A stretch of DNA of 64,000 bases, taken from contig JBLDXI010000015.1 of NCBI GenBank assembly GCA_047495785.1, positions 4,154,001 to 4,218,000 of the forward strand. The letters run 5' to 3'. The stretch is from Lepidodermella squamata (taxonomy: Eukaryota; Animalia; Gastrotricha). The notes beneath the pieces are model-generated. The model did not search any database. It had not been told where the DNA came from and worked only from the letters and a program-made list of their open reading frames with translations. A program made the translations under genes and the position numbers. Position 1 is the first letter of the stretch. Each line of letters starts with the position of its first letter. Below are positions 45,361-60,060 of the stretch, piece after piece.

Positions 45361-47148
45361 TCACGGCGACGCAATTGAGCCATAAGACAAATCTTCCACC
45401 GTCGACAACTCGTTGGTGCCGTAATTATTGCTATTGATATTGAAGTTGTTCGCACTACTCGACACTGACGTAGCCGGCGTTGGGGCAAGACACGATAAAA
45501 CATGCCGGAAATTCGAGTAGACAATCGGCGAAAATGCGGATGAATTTTCGCTCGGAATACGTTTCATCATCCGTTGAATAGTTTCGGTAATGCCAAAAGC
45601 GTTGAACAACCGCGCGGCTGTCCCGCTCGATTTCGACTTTTTGGCCGATGCGGCTAGTTTGACTAGTATAGTCGACAATTTCTCAACATCGGCCCCGGCA
45701 ACTGAAGGCGAGTCGATCAGCATCGATAAAGCGCAAACGAAACGTTCGGTGAGGAAAATTTCGGCAAAATTGTTCGTGGGCACGTCGCTTGCTGTCAGCA
45801 AACGTGAGACAATCGATAGGGACGTGCCGACAAATGCTTTGTTATGAGGTCGTAGGAACAGCACGACGACTTTGGCTGCGTCGAACCGGATGAAAGCTTC
45901 TCGACCAGCTTCGGTTTGGCAATCGCGGAGCAGAGTATCGAGAGCTTGAGCAAGGATATCAGCTAAGAAAATAACGAAAAAATTAGAAATATAAAAAAAT
46001 AAAATAAAAATATACCTCTGGTAACCGTTCGCAAAATTATTAAGGTGGATAAAAATCGAGTCGTTAGTAACGAGCTTCGGAAGAAAATTGAGGCCGGTTT
46101 TCGCGCTGCGTCGAGTTCGCCCCCGCCCGGAGTGCATTTAAACAGCGTTTCGCCACACTTTTGAAGCGACAGAGTTACACCGGGGCGCTGTAAAAATCCA
46201 AAAATTATGAATCCCTAGTCAATACAGTACTAGTTTTACCAATTCTGAAGTGCTGTTTTCGTCACCGCTTTGATTTGGGGCAGACGACAACACCCATGGG
46301 AGTGAGTCGTAGAAAAGGCGTAGCAGTGGCTCGACAACTCGCGGCTGGCCGGCCAGTGAAACCGGCAAATTTTTCAAGAGTTCCGCCAGAGAAAAAATCA
46401 AATTTGTCGAAACAGGAGCCGGGGGAATATGAGCCGTGAACAATTTCGCCTGCACCGGGGCTGGGTGAGACACAGAGGCGGCTACTTCAGCCAACGCCTC
46501 AAGACTTAAATTGAGCAGCCTTTCAGTATCAGTGCCTTTCGATGAGGCTATTTTAACAGTAGTGGAAGAGGTAGTTTTCACCGATGGAAGAGCTGATTTT
46601 GCAGTTTTACCCGACTCGCTGCGCTCCCCCTTACAGGCCTGCAAATTATTGAACCGACTCATCAGCTGTTTGTAACGAGTTTCAAGCCTCGACTTGTCAG
46701 AATTCGACTCGGTTAGTTGCTGTTTCAGTTTTTCGTTAGCCTCCTGCAACTGCTCGAAATTCGACCGAATTCGACGCCACTCGCGATTTTTCGCCACAAC
46801 ATCCGCCTCAAGAGCGGCGATTTTCTCGCGTAACGCTGCGTTTTCTGTATCGACCAAATCTTCAAAGGTTGACGCGATCATGTGATCAACTTTCGCGCCG
46901 TTGATTTCTTCCACATTATCAAGCAGGCCGTCGCAGTCAATATGGTCGTGGTACTCGGGTTCAACTGTTTTGATGTTCGTTTTAGCCATTCTCAGTTCCA
47001 AATCTTCGGTCAGGTGATTCGGGAAATCAGGCAAATGGTGCTCCTGCTTCTTGCGAAGGTAATCATATTCACCCTTCAGCCGGTCGTAGATCGCCTTAAT
47101 TTCGTTGAGGTATTTGGCCGACGTGGCACTCGCGCTATTTTCCGCCAT
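45361..47148 (-). CDS. CCDC138: Coiled-coil domain-containing protein 138 homologue (3 exons)
   Basis: Exons 47148-46240, 46187-46016 and 45962-45361. The coiled coil RIRSNFEQLQEANEKLKQQL and the spliced motif TRFLSTLIILRTVTRADILAQALDTL resemble CCDC138. Confidence 0.72.
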
Positions 47149-47364
47149 TAAGCACGATTAAAATTCTAAAAAATTAAGAAATATGTTTTTTTAATATCGC
47201 CATTTATATTATTGAATTTTGATATCGAAAGACCGAAAAACATGATTTGGTAAGACTTATATGTACAGGGCGATCCAAATCGAAACTTGTTTAAAATAAC
47301 GTTATTAGGGCAGCTTTTGAAAACGAACAACAAAATTATAATGAAACATTATAGCGGCAGCTGA

Positions 47365-48806
47365 CTAGGACCGAAGTAGCAGCTCGCAGGCCGGGTCAGA
47401 GCGAATAATTCGCAAGAGATCACCGGGGTCCATCGACATTTTCGCAGCGATGTACTCTAGCGAGTAATTGCCATCCATCCATCGGTAGGCCTGGTCGAAA
47501 TTCGACTCTTCGTGGACGGTTGAAAATGAGAAAACGCCGCCGTGTCGGCTGATTTGCGTCGAAGCTGTCAAGTCAGAGTAGCGACCCGAGCCGGATAGGC
47601 CGAATACAGACTCGGCATCAGCCGCCGCGTTGCTACCGCCACTAGGCCGCGGTTCGGCTGGGGTGTACACAGGGGCAACATTAACTCGCTTAATCAACTT
47701 GTTTTCCAACGCAAAAAGCGTCAGTTGCCTACAAAAAAGATTTTAAATAAAAAATCCTCCTTATAATGAATCGAAACTCACGAAACATCCATAGACTCAG
47801 TAATCGATTTGTTGCGCATTTTCAAATCGCCTATTGTCACGCCGTGTTGCATTTGAGTGAGAAGGCTCATGATACAGTCGAAAGGGGCAGGTTCAACCAG
47901 GCCGGAATTGGAAGTTTTCAAGCTGGCTCTTTTAATGCATTCCGCTCGCAATTTTTCATCAGATAAAAGATTGCCAAGTTTCGAGGTAACAGTATACATA
48001 TCCCAATGATTGACGGTAGGCCGAAGACCGACGAGGTCGAGCCGGACGAGTTGCGCGATGACAGCTAGAACTGTCGTGTAAGGTACCGGCAATTTAGCAC
48101 CGAGTTGAGCGACCGATAACTTGCCATCAATATGCTTGACAATTTTTTTACCGATACAATCCGTTATCGTGTACTTCTCTTCGGCCGGGCCGTTTTTTAA
48201 GTAAGGCACTTCGGTCGATTTTACGCGGATTTTTTTCGATTTCACAGGTCGATGTTGTTGGCGCAGGCAGCTTTTAGGCAGCGCGACGAAAAACGGGAAA
48301 GATTCGTCTAAAATGCGCCTAGTTTCGCCTTTCGATTTCAGGTCGATGTAAATATTTTCTATTAAGGAGGCTAATTTTTCGACACGATTTTGCACACTCG
48401 ATAAGAAACCGAATTGCAGTTCTGCAGATTTGAGCAGCCTCGCCAATTTTTCAGCCATGCAAAGTAACAAGCAGACATTGGCAGATCGATCGCCAATCAT
48501 GCAAACGTTGTAAATCAACGCATTTCTCGCATATTTCGAATTTTCGATAAGGACAGGATATCCGGCTATAACTTGTTTCGAAATTTCGTCCGTCCAACTG
48601 ATGCCATTTTCGCAAAGATCGTTGCGCTTGATGATCAAAAAATGATAGACGCGTCGGAACACTTCCTCGTTCAGTGTTGAGGTGGACGGGAATCGGCAGG
48701 ACATGCGAGGCCCGACTACTGAATCGAACTCGCATAACACTATCGATTGTAGATCAGGGAAAAAGTCGACGCAATGGTCAACTTTTGGCTCGTCACTGGT
48801 TGTCAT
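47365..48806 (-). CDS. NPRL2: GATOR1 complex subunit NPRL2 (2 exons)
   Basis: CEFDSVVGP longin start, GYPVLIENSKYARNALIYN with the Arg finger, HIDG motif, C-terminal MDGNYSLEYI. Exons 48806-47782 and 47728-47365. Confidence 0.9.
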
Positions 48807-49218
48807 ATTTGCTTAATTAACATACCTATAGAATGAGGAGAAAAAATATAAACAAAATTTATTACGCTGTTACCAAAACAAAAACCACCAAGGCTTTTTA
48901 TATCAAAGATTATAATCAATAATTCAAAAAAATGTTGCCACAGAAATTTTAGTCCGGTAAAATCTTGTCCCATTTAAAAGAATATTAGCACGCGAAAATT
49001 GTCACGATTGAATGAATGAATGCATGGATCAATGAATGAATGAAGGACACCAATAACAACAGTACAACCGACATGCGTATCATCAGCGTATCATAAAAGA
49101 CCGAGATAAATTATAACAATAAATTCGATGTACAATAATTTAATGGACGGAAAATCTCTGTTTGCCAATAAAGCGTTTATATGGCAAGTCGTCAAAAAAA
49201 TATAGATAGGAAGATAAA

Positions 49219-52200
49219 TTACTGGCTATTGCTCGGAAGATTGCAATCTGCGATAGCTCCATCTTTAATCATATCGGCAATATGGCCGTAATAGGCGGCG
49301 ATCGACGACATTGCCGCAGCATTCAAACTACTGGAAGATCCGAGGTGGTGATGAGGCAGAATTGGGGTGTTAACAGATGGGGTAGAATTCGGGGCGAAAA
49401 CTATCGGAATGCGGTGAAGGCTCGCAAAAAGTGACGGCGACACCGGAGCGACAGGCGTCGAACTAGCTGGCGCAACATGGTCCAACAAATGCTGCGCGGC
49501 TATCAGCGTTTCCGGGTCGTGAGTGGTCCGTAGCAATTCAGCTAATTTCGCCTTCACCTCAGGCAAACGCATCAAAGACGAAACATCAACTGAAGAATCA
49601 CTCGAGTCAAAAGCGGCGAATAATCGGGCGATTGAAACCAAAATCGGCTGCTGAGGCGGCAGATTTTTCGGGTTTGCCAATAACAGCGCGAAGAGAAACT
49701 CGCAGCATTGAAACTTTTCAATAGGGTCCAATTTATCGATGTCAGTCAACCGATCTTCCCAACAGCCGCACGAACTGCTGTTGTTATCAACTGTTGAACT
49801 GACACTAGCTCGTGGGTTCAACCTTCTCGATGCCCTAGAAGCATGATCCGGCATGATGATATGAGCCACAAGGGAATAAACAACAGTCCTCGGTCGGCTT
49901 TGCTCCGAACTCGCGAAAACCGAATTAACCGGCTGGTGAAGTCTCAGCAATAGCCGAGATGCATAGCAACAAATTGCGTTATCAGGATGGTCAATTGATT
50001 TGAAAAGCAGCCTGGCTAGAATGAAGTGAATGTGGTCCCTCATGTCAAGGCCATGCGCAACAGCTGTCGGGATGATACTGGAGAAATTCCGTGAAAAAAC
50101 ACTAACATGACGCTGGTAACAGGACAAAATTGTTTCCAATGGTGAAGAAGTTCGCGCCCACAATGACGCGATAACTGCATCGACGAGAATCAGCGCGTCT
50201 GCATAGATTGTCGGTTCATCGGATAGCAGAAATGCCACAGACAGCCAGAAGAAGTCGCCTAAAATCGCGATTAAGCTGGCTGGGATTCCGCTTGTTATTC
50301 GAGCGAAAAACGATAGAGCCCCGCTTATTCCAACAGAGACATTAGGCGAAGAGCAAGACATCGAATTTTGAGCCAAAATCTGGCCTAGAATTCGAAAAAT
50401 CTTCTCAACGTCATTCAAAGCTGTTGAAACTTGAACCATGTTGGCCGGTTGAAGAGCGGATAACAGTCCTAGAATCCGTACTGATTCACGGACTGACGGG
50501 GCTAGAACAACGACTTGTTCATTGGTCGATTCAGATTTCATGGCCGTATCAATAATTTTCCGGCATAGATCAGTCCATCTCGAGCAGACCGATTTGTCAA
50601 CAATGGCTACTAAATCGACGACAATTTCTAACAGAGATGCCCAATTTTCGCCAGACAACGCCGCAGTTGTAGTCGCGTTGTTGAAATCCGGTTGAATGAA
50701 CATATCCGTGAATTTCGCCTCAGTCAATTCGGCTAGAGCACGATGGACCTGGGGTTCGCTAGAATGGCTAGCTAAAGCACGGATTGAGTTGTAAAGAAGA
50801 GCATAAATCGCTTCACCGGCTAACGGAGCCCCAGAGCCGAAGAGCGCCAGTGAAAAATGGATCAAAACTTCGGCTACCGATTCAATTTCGAGAAAATCTT
50901 CGGATAAAAATGCGTTCAAAATGCGAACAAAAAACACCATTCTCGAGCTTGGTCCGGTCATTTTTGTCGGGAAGGTCAGCATAAGGTCTTCAACGCAACG
51001 AGCCATGATTTTCGACGCAGATTTCGGGTCTCCCCTCGCAGTTTTCAGCAAAATTAACAGGGCGTTATTTCGCCGTTGCATGTCGTTAGGCTGAATAGCG
51101 GATTGAAGGCTTAGAACAGCTTCGAAGACCATGTCGAAAAATTCGTGTAGTTTCGGGAAAACCATCGAAGTCAGATGAGCGTTAGACGGCAAATCGATGA
51201 ATGCGCTAACAAGAGATGTGATTGTGTCATTCAGCGGTGACGGTTGGTTTTCGTTGTGAGAACCTCGAATCGGGGCAAGGTGTTGCAGCCACGGCCCGAC
51301 GCACTCACAAATCGCCGCCTTAACGTGCGGCAGTTGCGATTCGGCCGCTAGATAGTAGGAACAGGCAGCTACGAAGTCCAGGAGTAACCATGAGGCTGAC
51401 TGGCAGATTTTCAAGCTGAGCCGGCTGACTAACTCAGACGACCAAAGTGGAGGGTAAAATCGGTCAATTTTCGGTAAACCCCCCGACCCGGCAGCTACGA
51501 TTCTCAGCAGATTCGATAACCTTGCATCGTCTTCGATATTCAACTCGAAACGATGGCACAAAGACGCGACAAGATTAAGAGCTGACGACTGGACATTAGG
51601 AACGCCTGAGGACAGATTTGCAAGACCAGTCGCGAGGAGAAATCCGGAAACATCTCGCAATCGGACAGGGACAGACCCCGTCATTCTTGCGGTTAAAAAA
51701 GCCCGAGAGTGGTAGGCGTGATTGAAATCCTGGGCACTACCACCGCGTGATGACGTCAACTGAACAGCCGCCATTTTTTCTTTGAACGCCTTCAGCGATT
51801 CGTAGATTTCCGAAACCTCAGGGTGTTCAAGTACAACCGGAACAGGTTCGGCGCGTAAAATCAGCGTGATTTGTTGTTTCAACGCGTCCAGTTGAATGTC
51901 TTCAACATCTTCCGGGGCGTAAGTCTCGACAACGTACAGCAAACATCCGGCGAATAGCCGAACTCGATCACCGGTTGACACTTTAATGGCGCATTTATTC
52001 GTCTGAATGTTCATGTGAACAACCTTTTGGCGAGAACTCTTCGTGGCTCCGGTGAAAATTCGGGCATCTTCGTCCAGAACCAACGTGCTCTGGGGCAGTT
52101 TCAGCTGCGGCACATGCGATCGTAGTTCTGTCAGATTTTCGGGGAAAATGAATCGGCAGCCAACGTTTTGGCGAAGATACGAGACAAAACGGTCGTGAAG

Positions 52201-55200
52201 TCGAGCGTAATCGGCCACGAAAGGCGAGCATTGGTAGATGTAAATTGTGGTCAAATTTGTCAAAACAGCTTCCGGAATGGCCGAAAGCTTCTGGAGCAAA
52301 TCGCTCTGAAAAAATCAATGATTTACTACAAATTTCTTTTTAGATTTTGGAAATTCACCTTAAACATTACGCCGACTGGTGCCTGGGTCAAATCAACAAC
52401 TAGTTCCCATTTGGTACCAGCTGCATTGTACGGTTTCAACATGGTTATCATCAACTGGGCCAAAGCTTCACTGCCGGGAGCATTTGCAAATGAGTCGCCA
52501 AAATCGGCCAAAAATGGTCTGAAATTAAAAAAAATATTATATGGAGCATTTTTCTGAGGCTAAAATTATGGTTTTTTTGGTTTTTTAATTATTCAAGCAA
52601 ATCGCCGCTTTAATTGAAATTAAAATTAAATATTCAAATATTTACCTTGTGTGTTTTGGAATGAGGTAGAAAACAGGATTTCCAGCAGCGGACGACCCAG
52701 AATGATAGAAAATTTTAGCCTCGCGAAGTTTTTCCATTTGTTCCGCCATTTGCGGCTCTAGACGATCATTAGTTACCAGCGACTGGCTGCCGAATGACGA
52801 CGCACTGCGCGATGCAGCTGCATGCGGTCCACTTGAAGCGAATGTAGCCAGGTAGAACGACAACTCGGCCGGCCCCAGTTTATTCAACAGCGATTCCAGT
52901 CGATCAAGAGGTTTTCGGCCAATCAAACGCCGTTCACGCAAGCAATCTGCCACCCGCTCTTGGTTCGTGTACAGAAAGTAATGCAACGAATGGCGAACAC
53001 TCTCGCCCAGAAATAACGAACTAGCCGCCGGCGACGAGGCCGCCCCTTCGTCGCTGTTGATCAAATAATCAACAAATTCGTCGATATCTTTCCGCAGCGT
53101 CAAGGTGAACTCATTAAGCGGTTTCATAAATTCTTCTTTCAGCGGCTGGCCATTTGCGGCTGATTGTAAAAGCTTCGCTACTAGGGTGAAGGCCCGTTGC
53201 ACATGTTTAGACGGCCGGTCGCATAGCCCAAATTCGAAGGAACTAGTCAAAAACGGGTTGATAAATCGGAGGAAAACCAGGGTACCACCCGTTAACCGTA
53301 CAACGTCACTGTGCGGAAACCGCTCGGCTAAAACTTCATGAACGCATCGACAGAGCGAGCGTAATTTCGCCGGGAATCGTTGCCGGCTTGAAACTAACGC
53401 GCCCAAAACTTCACGAGCTAGCCTCCGCAAATTCTCGCGATGTTCCTCGATATTAGCCTCGCCTTCTAGATTTTCAGGATTAACCTCGTAAGAACTCGCA
53501 TCCTCGCCGAAATTCATCAGCCTTTTCGCAATTGGTCCTATTGTTTCGGCGACATAATACGAGCCAAATGTCTGGAAGCTGTAGGAAAGAAGGCTGGAGG
53601 CTAAATTCGAGCCGCGTAAAACAGTGTCAATCGGCGATAGAGTCAACTCGCGCGACAAAACGTTGATAACAAGTTGCGACAGCAAATGCTTCGCGTCGAA
53701 CAAATGGGTCAGCAAACGAGCCAAGTCCTGCAGTTGATAGGCCGGGACAACTTCGACCAGCGCCATGACAACAGGCAGCTCGCCTCGATCGTCTAACATA
53801 GTGACAAGTTCGGCCAGTGACGCGAATTCGTCGCCGCTCGCTTCATCGGAAGACGCAGCGTTCGTTGAGATACCCTGCCGGATGAAGCGGGAGAGCGCGT
53901 CTAAATACGACGACCTGATTCTCGCATCTGGAGCCATAATCAAACACAGCGATGCACTCAGGCCTAAATCGCCGTTGAATAGTAGAAGATTCAACAAAGC
54001 GTGGAGTGACTGATCATCGATTTCGCTTGACGACGAACTTTGCGGTAAATTTCGGTATAAATAACCCGATTTTTCGACAATAAATTCCGAGCATTGCTTC
54101 AATTTCCGAAGCCGGAATGAATGGTCGACATTTCCGCCTGATGCGTCCATTATCAACGGAAATCGAGATAAGGCTGTTGACATAGTTTTAAGCTGGAGCA
54201 GAGCGAGTTCGTTCGACAGCACTTGTTGCGGGAAATTCAGTAGATATTCGACGACTTTCGCTCGAAATTTCGTTTCAAGACGGTAGCCCATCTCCTCGCG
54301 CCGCTTTAAAACCGCGAGGAGTAGCGAGCAGAAATTCGCGTGTAGCTTCACCGTGTTAACAGTGCGTACGTACTGACCGAGGAGGCTTATCACTTCTTCG
54401 AGGGTGCTACTGACCTGAACGTCGACCCGCGTCGACAAACTCGGCTTGTCGAGCATCATTTTGAATAGCAGGGTGATATTACCGACAAAGAGCGTGTTCT
54501 GCTCGGAGACAACGACCTGGTTTGAGAGATCGAGGCATTTCGTAACCAGCTTGTGCGCCTCCTCGATTACGATGGACTGAATGGGTGGACGCAGGTCACC
54601 GCCCAAACTTTCACGCACACACCGCTCAACCCGCACGCCGTACTTCTCTTCATTCGTATGAACAAGCATTCGTAGTAAATCGCCCACGTACGTACTCAAC
54701 AAATCATCACTGGCTTTACTTATCGCAGCATCTGCCGATAAAGTGGGGCCGACGATCAGGTGCGGGGTTTGAGTGCCAGAACCACCTGTTTTTCGCTGGT
54801 ACACCCGGTGCTTGAAATACGCATCGGCTAGAGCGGCGAGAAAATACGTCATGTGACTCCATTCAACCAGCAACTCATCAACCGAGCCAATTAATTCCGA
54901 CTGCGAGTCAACAGATGGTGATGGTAAATTGATCTGATTCGAATGACGTCGCTGTCCCGGTATCAACCCACCGCCCCCTTTGCCGAACCCGGGCGATGTA
55001 GTCTGATCGCCGCTGCCAAACGTGGCGGCCGGGCTTGAAATCCCGGGCGATGGCGATGAATCCGTTGTGACAATCGAAACAGTTTGCGCGTTACCGCCAT
55101 TTTTCAGAACCAACATTACCGCCTTTGTTTTAAGGACCCAAGTCGAGAAAACGCATTCCCAGGCCCCGATGACGCTCGGGCTGGGGTAGCGGAGGGTTCT

Positions 55201-57536
55201 CAGCGAGGTCAAAACGTGTTTCTGCAACGCTACCCGGCCTAATGAGACACTCTGCCGCCGCAATTCGTTGCTCATTTCAGCGTACGAGTGTAAATTCGGG
55301 CAGAATTGCATTACGACCAAATCCTCGCCCTGGCAAATGTTATCGACAATTTTACACAGGTTAGCGAGACAATCGAGCAGAGCAATAACTGTAGCGGTAT
55401 CTGTGGTCCATAGCCGACTGATCAGCGCTCTTTCGAACCGTTGAACAGTGTCTTTAATCATCGGCTGCTCATTACCGACACACTCCGGCCGAATTGCGTT
55501 AAAAGTCGCGAGCAATTTCGACGACAATAAATTTAAGGCGGAGACAAAATCTGACAACATGGCGCACGAACAGTAATGCATGAGGCGTTTCGAGAAGGCG
55601 TCGATAGGAATGCATAACATTCGAAGACGGCTCAAGCCCTCGGACGACTGGCCAACCGGCCAAGACAGACCATTGACGAGCTGCTCGATAGCCCGGACGC
55701 ATTTTTTAAACATCGGCTTGTCCAGTAAGCTACACGTTGCATTGATCAGTTCATTCAACAGGCCGGGGTCCTCTTCCGCCGATAACACGACCAATTTCGG
55801 CGAGGCGATGTACAGTTCGAGAAAATAGACAATCGCCTGAAAAAAATCAATGATTTTTAAGGAAGAATATTTTTTTTAACAATTTTTCTCACCTGTGAAA
55901 TGGAGGAATGTGACTCGTCGATTGAAGTCCGTTCGCCGCGATTTTGCAATTTAACCGGACGAACTCGCATGGAAGAGTAGCCAGACTGAGAGCCGCCAGA
56001 TCCGCCAGATTGCGACGAATTAGACTGAGAGTTCGACAAATAATGAGTTGTGAGTTGCGTGAAATAGCTCGCGACTCGATGGCCAGCCGCACGGGACAAC
56101 TTGGCGCGGAATACATCGCGTTTCGAGTCTTCTTGCAACGACGCCCATAGAGCTTTGAGGGCAATCGCAACTAAAGTAGGCCCAGAATGGCCGTTCAATG
56201 GATCGACAATAGCCGGGTGGAACATGTCGTGAATCAACTCGTCAGCTTTGAAAAAATTCGACTCGGAAACAGCCAGAGTTAAACAGATACAAAGCGTCTG
56301 AACGCAGCTTTCTTCCAAACATTGCGACATTCCTTTCGTTGGTTTCTTTCCAGTCTCGACGAGAAATTGTTTCAGTTCGAAGGCGATGGAAGGCAGCAGA
56401 TTTTTCGACAAATCATCGCGTCGGTTTTCCGCGGGCAGCCGGCCTAATGACGCGCAAAATCTTGCTAGAATAGGCGCGACGAATTCGTATTCGTGGCTGC
56501 GCTTCAATTTTGCTCGCAAATTTTCGACAAAACCTGCGGCTTCTTCGCTCGAAGTACAAACGGTTGAGGTAAATTTGTGTGAGAAAACTATGCTAGCCAT
56601 CATGAGTGGCCACAATTGCTGCCGTATTCGCTCTTTATCAAGCGGTTGTCGACCAATTTTCGCAACTTTGTCACTCGCCAAAATAGCGGCGCAAGATTCG
56701 AAAATTTTAGAGCATGGCTCGAAAAAATCGTCGACTTTATTCGCATGAATCTGAATGAACTCTTGAGTCCTTAAATCGACAGTCCGCCATAGAAGGACGG
56801 CGAAATAAGGGGCGCAGACCACCAGTTGAGTTACACAAGAAGACTTCCGACCCGGCGCAGGTCGAATTCGCTCGGAGAAATCTCGAAGCAACGGGTTGAT
56901 TTGTTTTAAATTCAAATCGAAATACTGAATTAGGGAGAATGAGGCTATCAATAAATTAGTTGAATCGCTTGGAGACGGAACGGGCGATGAAGCGGTCGAT
57001 TCGTCGGTGGAATCTCGCTCGGGTTCGGCGAATAATTGTTGGATAAATAGCGAAACAGCTGGGAAACTTCGCCGACTCAGCTCGCAAGCCAATTTACCCA
57101 CCAATTCGATCTCGGCGCTCCACAACGGCCGATCTGAATTCGTGAAGTGGCATATGAGTTTGCCGAATTCGATAAATAACGTGAATGCAATCGATTTTTG
57201 CGACTCGTTATCGTTCGCCGAGCCACTGTCTACTACACATTTCCAAATAGTTTCGAGCAAATAATGCACTGATTGTCGGTAATTTTCTTCGACCTCAGGC
57301 GCTAGATGACCGATGTTGGCTGATAAATCGGCGCCCAACTGCCGCAAAATTCGAATGAGGCCGTTGATTAGAGAGGAATGGTAGGCCGGTGAACTACTGC
57401 ATAACCTGATGAAACACTCCTGAGTGCTGATCAAATTTCGCTGAGCCAGGGTTGACGGCTCGCCGGTTTTCACCGGTAAATTCGAATCGACCCTGGTTAG
57501 AAGGGCCTCGACACACTCGTCCCCAACAGCAGCCAT
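49219..57536 (-). CDS. NF1: Neurofibromin (4 exons, about 2693 aa)
   Basis: Exons 57536-55893, 55836-52646, 52518-52359 and 52305-49219 sum to 8082 nt, in frame. N-terminal LPVKTG, RasGAP TVLRGSNLAS / FLRFINP / KLLQSAAN / KEEFMKPLNEF, and Sec14 start KIFYHSGSSAAGNPVFY. Confidence 0.92.
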
Positions 57537-57692
57537 TTACGCCACTGTCCCAAGAGATTGCTAATCAACGTTGAAATAAATTAAATCATAATTTAACATT
57601 CTAAAATAAAATGGGACAACAATTCAACCCCGTCTTGAATACATTATTAAATTAGAATTAATGTGGCACAACAACAAACTACGTAGTAAAAT

Positions 57693-58655
57693 TCAAGGTT
57701 CAACAGGTCCGAGTTCGTCTAACATGCGCTCCAATCGTTTGAGTGGTTTTCGCCCAACAAGACGATTTTCGCGTAAGTGGTTGGTAATCTTCGATTGATT
57801 AGCGTACAAAAAGTAGTGCAAGGTATGGTAGCCATTTTCCTCGAGGAAGACAGAATTATCAATGGAAGGCGAAGGTTTCGATTCGTCGTCACGGCAAATT
57901 ACATCGTCGATAAATTTGTCGATGTCTTGTTTCAATTGCTCGGTAAATTCGTTCATTGGTTTCATGTGAGCTTCTTTTAAATGATGGCCGTTTGCAGCTG
58001 ACTGAAACAGCTTCGCAACTATCATAAAAATTCGTTGGACATTTTCGTTATGTTCGAAGGCACTTGTAAGGTAAGGATTAACAAATCGAAGAAAAAATAT
58101 AAGGCCGGTTAATCGAGTGGCATCAGCCTTGTGCTCGGATAGTAGAAAATGAAAGCATCGTATCAACGATCTCAATTTGATCGGAAATTTCTGCTCGCCA
58201 TTTGTGATTTCTTTGAACAAATCTGTCACCAAGTTTCGGAGATTCTCGCGGTGTTGATCGGCAATCTCAGCGCTCGATACAAATTTAGGGTTCACTTCGT
58301 AAAGGTCACAATTTCCATTCGCCAAACGATCGGCAATAGGCTGGACTGCAGCGATCAAATAACTCGATCCGAAAGTTTGAAAACAGTACGAAATAAGGCT
58401 GGGTGCTAAATGCGAACCTCGCAGCACCGTGTCGATGGAAGAATTAGTTATTTCTCGGGATAGGACGCTGATAAAAAGTTGCGACAATAGGTTTTTCGAA
58501 TCGAAAAGGTGAGCGAGTAACCGAGCCAGATCTTGAACTTGGTCGTGCGGAATCACCTCGGCAAGAGCGGTAACAAACGGCAATTCACCTCGGTTATCCA
58601 ACATTGTCACCAAATCAGCGGCGGAATCGTAAATTTCCTCGCCGCACTCCGTCAT
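57693..58655 (-). CDS. Stand-alone NF1 GAP-related domain (RasGAP) paralogue
   Basis: Intronless 320-aa ORF collinear with the GRD of the adjacent NF1 (LVTMLDNRGELP ... TVLRGSHLA ... FLRFVNP ... KLFQSAAN ... LGPVEP). Confidence 0.88.
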   Translation of the reverse strand: MTECGEEIYDSAADLVTMLDNRGELPFVTALAEVIPHDQVQDLARLLAHLFDSKNLLSQLFISVLSREITNSSIDTVLRGSHLAPSLISYCFQTFGSSYLIAAVQPIADRLANGNCDLYEVNPKFVSSAEIADQHRENLRNLVTDLFKEITNGEQKFPIKLRSLIRCFHFLLSEHKADATRLTGLIFFLRFVNPYLTSAFEHNENVQRIFMIVAKLFQSAANGHHLKEAHMKPMNEFTEQLKQDIDKFIDDVICRDDESKPSPSIDNSVFLEENGYHTLHYFLYANQSKITNHLRENRLVGRKPLKRLERMLDELGPVEP

Positions 58656-58712
58656 TATTTCTTTGATTATAAAAATCTATAATAAATTGAATAATTTATT
58701 GGAGGCGATGGA

Positions 58713-59317
58713 TCATGCTTCGAATCCCATAACCCTGTCAACCCAATTCGGAAAATTATCTTGATGTTTTTCAGATTTATAAGGCTTCAGTTTCGAAAAG
58801 TCGCTGTTTTGAAGAATGTCAGGCAGAGTTCTAGGAAAGAATGAAATAAATGATGAAAAATATACATAACATTCAAAAAGTACTGGCAATTCCCGTAATA
58901 CAAATGCCCAAGTTGCTGCATTTTGTCGGCCAATTCAATTTGATGGTTGTGCATTAGGCGCTCATTAATAACGACAACGAGATTCCGTCTTAACCAGAGT
59001 GATTCCAGAATGGAACCAGAACCAGCGTGGCTGATGATCAGATCAGCATTTGCCATGCATTCGTGGATTGACGGTCGGAAATCAAATACTTCGATCGACA
59101 TATCTTTGTAGGAATTCACATCGGGTTTTGGACCTTTGCCATATTGCACTGTCAACCTTTTGCAGCCGATACCGTGAAGAATCTAAGCAAAATGATGATA
59201 TGTTTCAAATTAGGATATTTGTTAAATTACATCAAGAGTTCGTTTTTCGAGGACAGCATCGATAAGCTCGTCGAAATGGGTAGTTCCGACCGTAACAAAC
59301 ACTTTTTCCAACTTCAT
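58713..59317 (-). CDS. ALG13: UDP-N-acetylglucosamine transferase subunit ALG13 (3 exons)
   Basis: Exons 59317-59231, 59182-58884 and 58830-58713. Motifs VFVTVGTTHFDELI, VQYGKG, ADLIISHAGSGS and NERLMHNHQIELA. Confidence 0.92.
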
Positions 59318-59465
59318 TTCGCTTAATTTTACACTAAAATTAATTTGAGAATATCACAATAAAAATCTTCAATTTAAATCACGTGAATCCCGAATAATAA
59401 TATCGCAGAACAATACACAATAGAATAACGCGATACACCAAGTCATGGACCAGATATCGAAGTTC

Positions 59466-60060
<595 letters not shown>

